Below are positions 57,462-64,000 of a stretch of DNA of 64,000 nucleotides, in pieces. How positions within the stretch are numbered: position 1 is the stretch's first letter; the number at the start of each line of letters is the position of its first letter. Under the pieces are notes generated by a model. That model was not told the origin of the DNA, did not search any database, and was given only the letters and a program-made list of their open reading frames with translations. The stretch is from an uncultured Bacilli bacterium. GTDB lineage: Bacteria; Bacillota_I; Bacilli_A; RF39; UBA660. The translations under genes were made by a program, and so were the position numbers. The stretch is taken from assembly GCA_934101575.1 (NCBI GenBank), contig CAKORJ010000001.1, positions 541,972 through 605,971 on the forward strand, read 5' to 3'.

Positions 57462-57490
57462 ATTTGCTCTCTCTTCACTAAGCAATATAA

Positions 57491-57519
57491 ATGTTACTAT
57501 ATATTTTTAGTTTTGGCAA
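57491..57519 (-). promoter_or_regulatory. putative sigma-A promoter of the tRNA cluster (-35 TTGCCA, 17 bp, -10 TAACAT)
   Basis: Minus-strand TTGCCAaaactaaaaatatatagTAACAT about 30 nt upstream of the tRNA-Ile 5' end. Confidence 0.35.
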
Positions 57520-57553
57520 GTATTTTTAGAAAATTTTTTTTATTTTTTTGTTT

Positions 57554-58558
57554 TTAACTAAATTTTGCTCCAGAATTTGCATTTATTTCTATATCACTTG
57601 TTCTTCCTTCTTTGTATAAATAATACCCTGCCGCGGCTACCATTGTTGCATTATCTGTACAATATTTTATGCTAGGATAAGAAAATTTAAAACCATTTTC
57701 TTCTTTTAGTTTATTAAATTCTTCTCTTATTCCAGTATTTGCTGCGACTCCTCCGGCTAATATTAGGTTTTTAACATTATATTTTTTCATTGCTTTTATT
57801 GTTTTTGTTGTTAGTGATTCTACTACTATTTTTTGAAATGATGCTGCTAGATCTTCTTTTTTTAATGGTTCATTTTTTTGATCTAGATTATGTACTAAGT
57901 TTATTACTGCACTTTTTAGACCACTGAAACTAAAATTAAAGCTATCGTCATTTAGTGGAAGAGGCAATTCATAACTTGCTATTCCTTGATGTGCTAGTTT
58001 ATCTATAACAGGTCCTCCTGGATATGGAACATTTATTACTCTTCCTACTTTGTCATAACATTCTCCAACGGCATCATCTAGTGTTTGTCCTACTACTTTA
58101 TAATCAAAGTGATCTTTCATATATAACAATTCTGTGTGTCCTCCGCTTATTATTAGAGCCATAAGTGGAAATTTTAGTTCTTGTTCTATGCTATTTGCAT
58201 ATATATGGCTTCTTATGTGATGAACTGGTACTAATGGTTTGTCATAGATATATGCAAGAGTTTTTGCGGCTTCTAGCCCTACTAGAAGTGATCCTACAAG
58301 TCCTGGTCCGTGGGTTACTGCTATCGCTGATATATCTTTCATTTCAAGTTTTGAATCTTTTAGACATTTATCTATTACAAACACTATATCTTTCACATGA
58401 TTTCTACTCGCTATTTCTGGTACTACTCCGCCATATAGTGTATGTATATCTATTTGACTTAATATTACTGTATTTATCTCTTCTGTTCCATTTTTTACTA
58501 TAGAGCATGATGTTTCATCACAACTTGATTCTATTCCTAATATATATGTATCTTTCAT
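57554..58558 (-). CDS. tsaD: tRNA N6-adenosine threonylcarbamoyltransferase TsaD
   Basis: 334 aa. ILGIESSCDETSCSIV, HxxxH metal site, Kae1/YgjD family. Confidence 0.9.
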   Translation of the reverse strand: MKDTYILGIESSCDETSCSIVKNGTEEINTVILSQIDIHTLYGGVVPEIASRNHVKDIVFVIDKCLKDSKLEMKDISAIAVTHGPGLVGSLLVGLEAAKTLAYIYDKPLVPVHHIRSHIYANSIEQELKFPLMALIISGGHTELLYMKDHFDYKVVGQTLDDAVGECYDKVGRVINVPYPGGPVIDKLAHQGIASYELPLPLNDDSFNFSFSGLKSAVINLVHNLDQKNEPLKKEDLAASFQKIVVESLTTKTIKAMKKYNVKNLILAGGVAANTGIREEFNKLKEENGFKFSYPSIKYCTDNATMVAAAGYYLYKEGRTSDIEINANSGAKFS

Positions 58559-58562
58559 TTTT

Positions 58563-58955
58563 TCACTTCTTTCTTTCCATTAGAACTCCATCTATTCCAT
58601 TATAATATCCTTTTCTTATAGCTTGTTTTTTGAAGTTAAACTTTTTATATAAATTTATTGCTATTTCATTTGTTATTTTTACTTCTAGTGTTATATCTTT
58701 GTTTTCTTTTATTAGATTTTCTAACAGCTTTGTTCCTATTTTATTATTTCTATAATTTTTATCTACTTCTATGTTATTTATTTCTATTCTGTCATATATA
58801 TCACTATAGTATATATATCCTTTTACTATATTTTCTTCTATATATATTTTTATTATTGCAAATGGATTATTATTTAATTCATGTTTTATTGTTTCTTTTT
58901 TTATAAATGAGTCTTCTAATAGATATATATTACTATTTGTTATCTTTATTATCAT
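58563..58955 (-). CDS. rimI: ribosomal-protein-alanine N-acetyltransferase (GNAT, RimI-like)
   Basis: 130 aa GNAT between tsaB and tsaD. NNKIGTKLLENL acetyl-CoA site. Confidence 0.7.
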   Translation of the reverse strand: MIIKITNSNIYLLEDSFIKKETIKHELNNNPFAIIKIYIEENIVKGYIYYSDIYDRIEINNIEVDKNYRNNKIGTKLLENLIKENKDITLEVKITNEIAINLYKKFNFKKQAIRKGYYNGIDGVLMERKK

Positions 58956-59565
58956 TTAATTTTTCCTCGGCTTCTGTCTTTTTTAAATAGTTTGGTACAA
59001 ATGACATTGGATTTTCTTTTGTTTTTGTTCCATACTTATAGAATCTATTTAGATCTGGTTTATATTTTTTTACTTCAAATTCAAATGTATTATTTGATAT
59101 GTATGTTGTTTTTTTATTTAGTTCTTTTACTTTTTCTTGTAGTTCTTCCAATTTTATATACTTTTCTTCCATTATTATATTATAATCTTTGTCATATATC
59201 TTGGCATATACATATCCTCTTCTGGCATCTATTAACGGAACTATTATGTCATTTTGCTTAGAAGTTGCCATTACATCTAGACTTGATGTGCTATATAAAT
59301 TTTTATCTAAAAAGTATGCCATTGTTTTTGCTATTGTTACTCCGACTCTTAGTCCTGTAAATGAGCCTGGCCCTTTTACACATATTATTTCATCTATGTC
59401 ATTTGGTGTTAGATTTTCTTCATCTAATAGACTTTTTATTAGATATAAGGTTTCTTTTGATAGATCTTTATCTAACTGTTTATATATTTCTTTTGTTATT
59501 TTGTTATTCTTTGCTAATCCTATATTTAGAAAGTTTGAGGAAGTATTTAAAAAAAGACTTATCAT
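58933..59565 (-). CDS. tsaB: tRNA threonylcarbamoyladenosine biosynthesis protein TsaB
   Basis: 210 aa. LNTSSNFLNIGL...CVKGPGSFTGLRVGVTIAK. Confidence 0.8.
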   Translation of the reverse strand: MISLFLNTSSNFLNIGLAKNNKITKEIYKQLDKDLSKETLYLIKSLLDEENLTPNDIDEIICVKGPGSFTGLRVGVTIAKTMAYFLDKNLYSTSSLDVMATSKQNDIIVPLIDARRGYVYAKIYDKDYNIIMEEKYIKLEELQEKVKELNKKTTYISNNTFEFEVKKYKPDLNRFYKYGTKTKENPMSFVPNYLKKTEAEEKLNDNKDNK

Positions 59566-60014
59566 AGTACTGCCTCACATAAGTCTTCATATTTTTTACC
59601 ATATGGCTTAATAATTAACATTCTTTTATTTTCTCCTAGTATTTTGAAAGAAATTTCTAATCTTTCATTTGGTAGTTCATCTTTTATCATATCTGACCAT
59701 TCTATGATTGATACTCCTTTTTTTACAAAATACTCTGGAAAATCTATTTGGACATTTGCTTCATCTATTCTGTAAACGTCCATATGAAACAATGGCATTT
59801 CTCCGCCATAATATTCTTTTACTATATTAAATGTTGGCGAAGTTATGGTATCTGTTATTCCTAAAGCGTTTGCAAATCCTTTAGTGAATACTGTTTTTCC
59901 ACTTCCTAAATCTCCTTTTAAACATATTACCATGTTTGGAAATTTTTCACTTTCTAAATTTTCTGCTAATTCGATAGTTTCTCGCTCATCTAGCGATGTT
60001 ATTTTATATTCCAC
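59562..60014 (-). CDS. tsaE: tRNA threonylcarbamoyladenosine biosynthesis ATPase TsaE
   Basis: 150 aa. GDLGSGKTVFTKG Walker A. Confidence 0.85.
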   Translation of the reverse strand: MEYKITSLDERETIELAENLESEKFPNMVICLKGDLGSGKTVFTKGFANALGITDTITSPTFNIVKEYYGGEMPLFHMDVYRIDEANVQIDFPEYFVKKGVSIIEWSDMIKDELPNERLEISFKILGENKRMLIIKPYGKKYEDLCEAVL

Positions 60015-60068
60015 TTATATCACCAAAATCATTTTATCATAAAGAAAAGATGTTATTCAACACCTTTT

Positions 60069-60587
60069 TTATTTTTTTACTTTTACTTTGTAAATAACTT
60101 CTTCATTTTTTTCATTTGTTATTGTGGAGATTCCTGATAGGATTAATACTATTCCTAGAAAAATCCCTGCTCCTACAACTGGTATTATTGGTAAGGCAAA
60201 CGCTATTACCCCTAGTATTATTCTGGTTATTGGTCCTATTAGAGATCTTGTGTCTTTTGTTACTTTAGTTGTAAATATTAGACTTGTTAGTCCGGATATA
60301 AATAACCAAATTCCTAGCACTACTGGTACTACTTTCACTGCGGCATCTGTGTTATTTACTAATATTATACCAAATATTAGTCCTAGAATTGATCCTCCTA
60401 TTGTATATGATGCATATGGATTTTTACTAGCTATTGCTGTTATTATTCCTACACTTGCGTATACTATTAAGATTACTCCTGCTATTAGTACTATTGTTGC
60501 AAATGTATCTTTTGGACTTATTAGAAACACTACTCCAAATAGTATTAATAGTATTCCAAATATGTATGTCCATGTCTTTTTACTCAT
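60069..60587 (-). CDS. DUF308 (HdeD-like) membrane protein
   Basis: 172 aa. Repeated paired TM helices with Gly-rich faces. The antisense plus-strand ORF 60124-60693 is rejected. Confidence 0.55.
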   Translation of the reverse strand: MSKKTWTYIFGILLILFGVVFLISPKDTFATIVLIAGVILIVYASVGIITAIASKNPYASYTIGGSILGLIFGIILVNNTDAAVKVVPVVLGIWLFISGLTSLIFTTKVTKDTRSLIGPITRIILGVIAFALPIIPVVGAGIFLGIVLILSGISTITNEKNEEVIYKVKVKK

Positions 60588-60598
60588 AATATCCTCCT

Positions 60599-60994
60599 TT
60601 AATAGTCTAAGTATTCATCTTCTTCCCATACTTTGTTTTTATAAGAAGAGTTGTATACTTTATAATCATATTTCTTGCCTTTTTCTTTTATAAACACTGT
60701 ATATACTTTTATTGTACTGTTTTTAGATAGTGGAATAACTGTTTCTCCTTTTTCTTTGTAGACTATTTCACATGAGAAAACGTATTTATTTCCTTTGCTT
60801 TCCACAAATGTACAATTTTTGGATACTAATTCGTCTATATTTTCTATTTCTTTTCGTTTTTCTCCTAGTGTTTTGTCATTAAACCAAGCATCTATGGCCA
60901 TTTCACCATATTTTGGATTTTGGTATGGATCGAAGGAGCATCCTGTTAAAATAATTGTCATTACTATTGTTAATAAAAAAAGCCTTATTTTCAT
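60599..60994 (-). CDS. lipoprotein (lipobox LTGC), hypothetical
   Basis: MKIRLFLLTIVMTIILTGCSFD signal. ORF track start lies 27 nt upstream. Confidence 0.5.
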   Translation of the reverse strand: MKIRLFLLTIVMTIILTGCSFDPYQNPKYGEMAIDAWFNDKTLGEKRKEIENIDELVSKNCTFVESKGNKYVFSCEIVYKEKGETVIPLSKNSTIKVYTVFIKEKGKKYDYKVYNSSYKNKVWEEDEYLDY

Positions 60995-61042
60995 ATGATT
61001 ACCTCGTGTTAATGATAACATATTTTATCTTCTTTTACAAGA

Positions 61043-61762
61043 CTACTCTAGGACATCTGTTGCTTTATGGCTTGTTTGTTCATATAGATTTAAATTGTTT
61101 TGTTTGTCTAATGTTGCTAAAAATATATCCTGTGCTTTTTTGTTTTGTTTTTTTAATTCTTTTTCCAGCCAAGTTTTTGTTTTATCATATTTTTTTAAGT
61201 TTTCTTCCATTATGTTACCATCTATAATTACATTGGCTAGTAAACATGCTTTTTCTTTTTTGATTTTCATATCTTTATTTGTTACTGGGTTGTATTCGCT
61301 TTTGGGCATGATACTTATTTTTCCACTTGCTTCCATTACTGCATAGGCTATTTCATTTATGTCGAAATATCCTTGTTCTCGTGCTTGTTCTAAGAAATCA
61401 TTTATATCGAATTTTACTTTTTTTAAGCCTTCTTTTAGAAATTTTCCATCTTCTATTAGGATTGTTGGCACTCCAGAAAAAAATCTTCTTAAAAAAATAC
61501 TTTTCATGGTTCCTATTGATATTATGTAAGCAATTACTCCGAATAGTACTACTGCTAGGGTACCGTGTAAAATATTTGAATCTAAGTTTATTGTCATTTC
61601 TGCGGCAAAGTTACCTATTGATATTCCTATTACATAATCAAATAGACTTAGCTGAGAAACTTGTTTTTTACCTAACATTTTTGTTATTAAAAATAATGTT
61701 ACTAAGGAAAGTATAGCTCTTCCTGTTACGTTTAATATTTCTCCTAACATATTTATCACCAT
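61043..61762 (-). CDS. DUF421 (YetF/YdfS-family) membrane protein
   Basis: 239 aa. N-terminal TM region with LGKKQVSQLSLFDYVIGISIGN motif. C-terminal soluble domain. Confidence 0.7.
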   Translation of the reverse strand: MVINMLGEILNVTGRAILSLVTLFLITKMLGKKQVSQLSLFDYVIGISIGNFAAEMTINLDSNILHGTLAVVLFGVIAYIISIGTMKSIFLRRFFSGVPTILIEDGKFLKEGLKKVKFDINDFLEQAREQGYFDINEIAYAVMEASGKISIMPKSEYNPVTNKDMKIKKEKACLLANVIIDGNIMEENLKKYDKTKTWLEKELKKQNKKAQDIFLATLDKQNNLNLYEQTSHKATDVLE

Positions 61763-61817
61763 ACTTATTGTGGATTTTTATATTTTTTTTATTCAAAAAG
61801 AAAAGGACTTTTTGTCC

Positions 61818-63764
61818 TTATTCTATGTTTGTTATTTGAAATTGATAGCCATCACTTATGTTTCCAGCTGTATCTTTTGCAAAGGCATAATATGTTCCGT
61901 TATATGTTGCTGTATATGATACTACTGGGCTTAGTGCTGTTTGGATAGTAGTCCATTTACATGTGTTTGAACTGTCTACTGTAGTTACACACCATCTTTG
62001 TACTAGGCTTGTTGAGTCTTGCATGGCTATTTTTACAACATCTTGTTTAGTTGCTGTTGTATCTATACCTGCGACTGTTTGTATTTTTGGTTTTGTTGCA
62101 TCTAGTTTTGATATGTATTTTACTGTGCTACTACAAACATTATTTTTACAAGCTTTTACATAATATGTTGCTTTTTCATCTTGTTTGATTGTTACTCTTG
62201 AACCTTTATTATTCATTTGACTTTCAGTTTTTCCGTAATAATATGATACTCCATTTTCTGATCCTGTGAAGTTCAATACATATGCTCTGTTATGCCACTG
62301 GTTAGTGTCTATGTTGTCGCTTGCTGTTATCATCGGAGGTCTCATCTTTGCTACTTTTACTCTTACTGTCTTAGAAATATTGTTGTTTGCTGTTACTGTT
62401 ACATCTGCTGTTCCTTCTTTTTTAGCTAAGACTACTCCATTTCCTGTTATGCTAACTACACTTTCATCTGAGCTTTTCCATGATACTTTTTTATTTTTGG
62501 CATTGTCTGGTGTTAAGGTTACTAGTATTTTTTCTGTTTCTCCCTGAGTCATATTTAGTTCGTTTTTATTTAAAGTTATTTCTGTTACTTCTGTCCCTTC
62601 GGAAGAAACTTCTTTTGCTACTACTACTTTTATTTCTTTATACATAGTTGTGTTTAGTGGATGAACAGTTATTGTTACTTCACCTGGCTTTAAGGCTGTT
62701 ATTAGTCCTCCATCACTTATTGTTGCAACTGTATCATCGGTAGTAGTGAAATACATACTAGTAGAGGTTGAATTTATTGGATTGTATCCTATTTTTATTC
62801 TTATATTTTCTCCTGGTGTTAATTGAACTTTTTCTGGAGTAACTGTAAATGATTTCATTTCTATATGTTCTTTTGTTATTGCTACATTTACTGAGATACT
62901 TCTTGCTCCTTTTTTAATGGTTAAAATAGCATTTCCTGCTTTTACTCCCATTATTCTTCCGGCATCGTTTACTGTCATGATACTTTCATCACTTGATTCA
63001 TATATTATATCTTTAGAGCATTCTCCTTCGCCAAAGTCTATTTTTAAGTCATATGCTGTTCCTTCTACTACAGAGATGTTTTCATTTAACAACAGATCAT
63101 TATTAAATGCAGGACATACTATTATTTGTTTTTTTTCTTTTGCCATATTTTTTCCGTTTAATGTTGAAACTATTTCTATTGTTGATTTGCCTTCTTGAAT
63201 TGGCACTAGTGTGTTTACTGTTTCTTTTCCTTTTACCTCTTCATTTAATACTGTTAAGACTTTTGGGTTTTTTGATGTAAATTTTGTTACTGTTTGGTCT
63301 AAATCTTTTTTACCATTTGCTATTACTGAAACTGCTCCTGTTTCTCCCATATATACTACTTTTGGAACTATTATATTTGTATAATATGAAGCTCTATCTT
63401 TTGAAATGTATGCAAATATCACTAATAATGTTACTAGTATTAATAATAAAATTCCTGCTATTACTATTACAACTTGTTTATTGATTGAACTTAGAAAATC
63501 TTTTACTCTTTCTTCTGGTGTTAAATCTGATTTATCTTCAAAAACAACATTTGAATTATCTATATAATTTAAATCTTTATTAACTCCAATGTTACTGAAA
63601 TCAGAATTTTCTCCATAATCTTGACGATATAAATCTGTTGGTGTTGTTTTTTTTGGTTCTTGTTTTACTGTTTCTTCGGAGTTTTTATCAAGATTATCTT
63701 CGGAAATAGATTCATCATCTGCGTAGTAATCTGGTTCTTCAATATTGAAATCACCTTTAGCCAT
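61818..63764 (-). CDS. single-pass membrane protein with acidic cytoplasmic N-domain and extracellular tandem Big_2 (bacterial Ig-like) domains
   Basis: 648 aa. TM at about aa 100-125. Big_2 signatures ESSDESIMTVNDAGRIMGVKAGNAILTI, TTTDDTVATISDGGLITALKPGEVTITV, KSSDESVVSITGNGVVLAKKEGTADVTVTA. Confidence 0.6.
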   Translation of the reverse strand: MAKGDFNIEEPDYYADDESISEDNLDKNSEETVKQEPKKTTPTDLYRQDYGENSDFSNIGVNKDLNYIDNSNVVFEDKSDLTPEERVKDFLSSINKQVVIVIAGILLLILVTLLVIFAYISKDRASYYTNIIVPKVVYMGETGAVSVIANGKKDLDQTVTKFTSKNPKVLTVLNEEVKGKETVNTLVPIQEGKSTIEIVSTLNGKNMAKEKKQIIVCPAFNNDLLLNENISVVEGTAYDLKIDFGEGECSKDIIYESSDESIMTVNDAGRIMGVKAGNAILTIKKGARSISVNVAITKEHIEMKSFTVTPEKVQLTPGENIRIKIGYNPINSTSTSMYFTTTDDTVATISDGGLITALKPGEVTITVHPLNTTMYKEIKVVVAKEVSSEGTEVTEITLNKNELNMTQGETEKILVTLTPDNAKNKKVSWKSSDESVVSITGNGVVLAKKEGTADVTVTANNNISKTVRVKVAKMRPPMITASDNIDTNQWHNRAYVLNFTGSENGVSYYYGKTESQMNNKGSRVTIKQDEKATYYVKACKNNVCSSTVKYISKLDATKPKIQTVAGIDTTATKQDVVKIAMQDSTSLVQRWCVTTVDSSNTCKWTTIQTALSPVVSYTATYNGTYYAFAKDTAGNISDGYQFQITNIE

Positions 63765-63849
63765 GATATCACCCCTATTCTATATAAATGATATACTAAT
63801 TTTGGTTAAAAAGCAATAAAAATTTTGTTTTTAGATAAAACATGTAATG

Positions 63850-64000
63850 TTATTGTAGATTTTCTATTTCTTTCACTGATAATCCTGTGCATTCTGATAC
63901 TAGTTTTATATCTAGCTTTTTATTTAACATGTTTTTAGCAGTTTCTAATGCTTTAGTGTGTTTTCCCTCTTTTAATGTTTCTTTTCTTACTTCTTTTATA
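63850..64000 (-). CDS. partial ORF: C-terminus of an Rpn/YhgA-like PD-(D/E)xK nuclease-family putative transposase (5' part outside window)
   Basis: ...KEVRKETLKEGKHTKALETAKNMLNKKLDIKLVSECTGLSVKEIENLQ*. C-terminal HTH tail typical of that family. Only about 50 aa visible. Confidence 0.3.
   Translation of the reverse strand, partial: IKEVRKETLKEGKHTKALETAKNMLNKKLDIKLVSECTGLSVKEIENLQ

Noticed and set aside
60124-60693. 189-aa plus-strand ORF
   Set aside because: It lies antisense to the DUF308 membrane protein gene (60069-60587), whose product has a classic paired-TM architecture. The plus ORF is a low-complexity artefact of the AT-rich antisense strand.

Overview
This 64 kb window comes from a very AT-rich (about 25-28 % GC), low-GC Firmicute that forms spores, since an alpha/beta-type SASP gene is present. 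Most genes lie on the minus strand and are housekeeping, with Bacillus-like synteny. In order along the window they are: parE (partial), a serine hydrolase, murF, murE, a Xer-type recombinase, ezrA, rny, recA, pgsA, a RodZ-like gene, rnpB (RNase P RNA), gpsB, recU-ponA, an LCP protein, an RNase J paralog, phosphoketolase, addAB, a FemAB-family gene, ddl, the SASP, thiI, tig, greA, two U32 peptidases, trmR-like, mltG, ruvX, ireB, rarA, a tRNA-Ile/Asn/Glu cluster, tsaE-tsaB-rimI-tsaD, and several membrane proteins. Among these sit accessory surface genes. Three large secreted proteins carry SipW-cognate-like signal peptides and a TasA/camelysin-like N-terminal domain. The first (9910-12513) has Gly-rich, discoidin and LamG domains. 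The second (38227-41412) has Listeria-Bacteroides repeats and about 11 tandem DUF285 repeats. The third (30428-32044) has an FGE/C-type-lectin-like C-terminus. The most unusual signal is in this third protein: its last ~55 codons form a GC-rich patch that closely resembles a diversity-generating retroelement (DGR) variable region (...GYSNGANAGAFYSNCSNGNAGSDKSSRL). No reverse transcriptase or template repeat is visible in this window. Other notable items are a DUF4116 12-repeat protein, an RNase J paralog with a degenerate catalytic motif, an orphan LytTR regulator, and a partial Rpn/transposase-like ORF at the window end. No CRISPR array, prophage or rRNA was seen.
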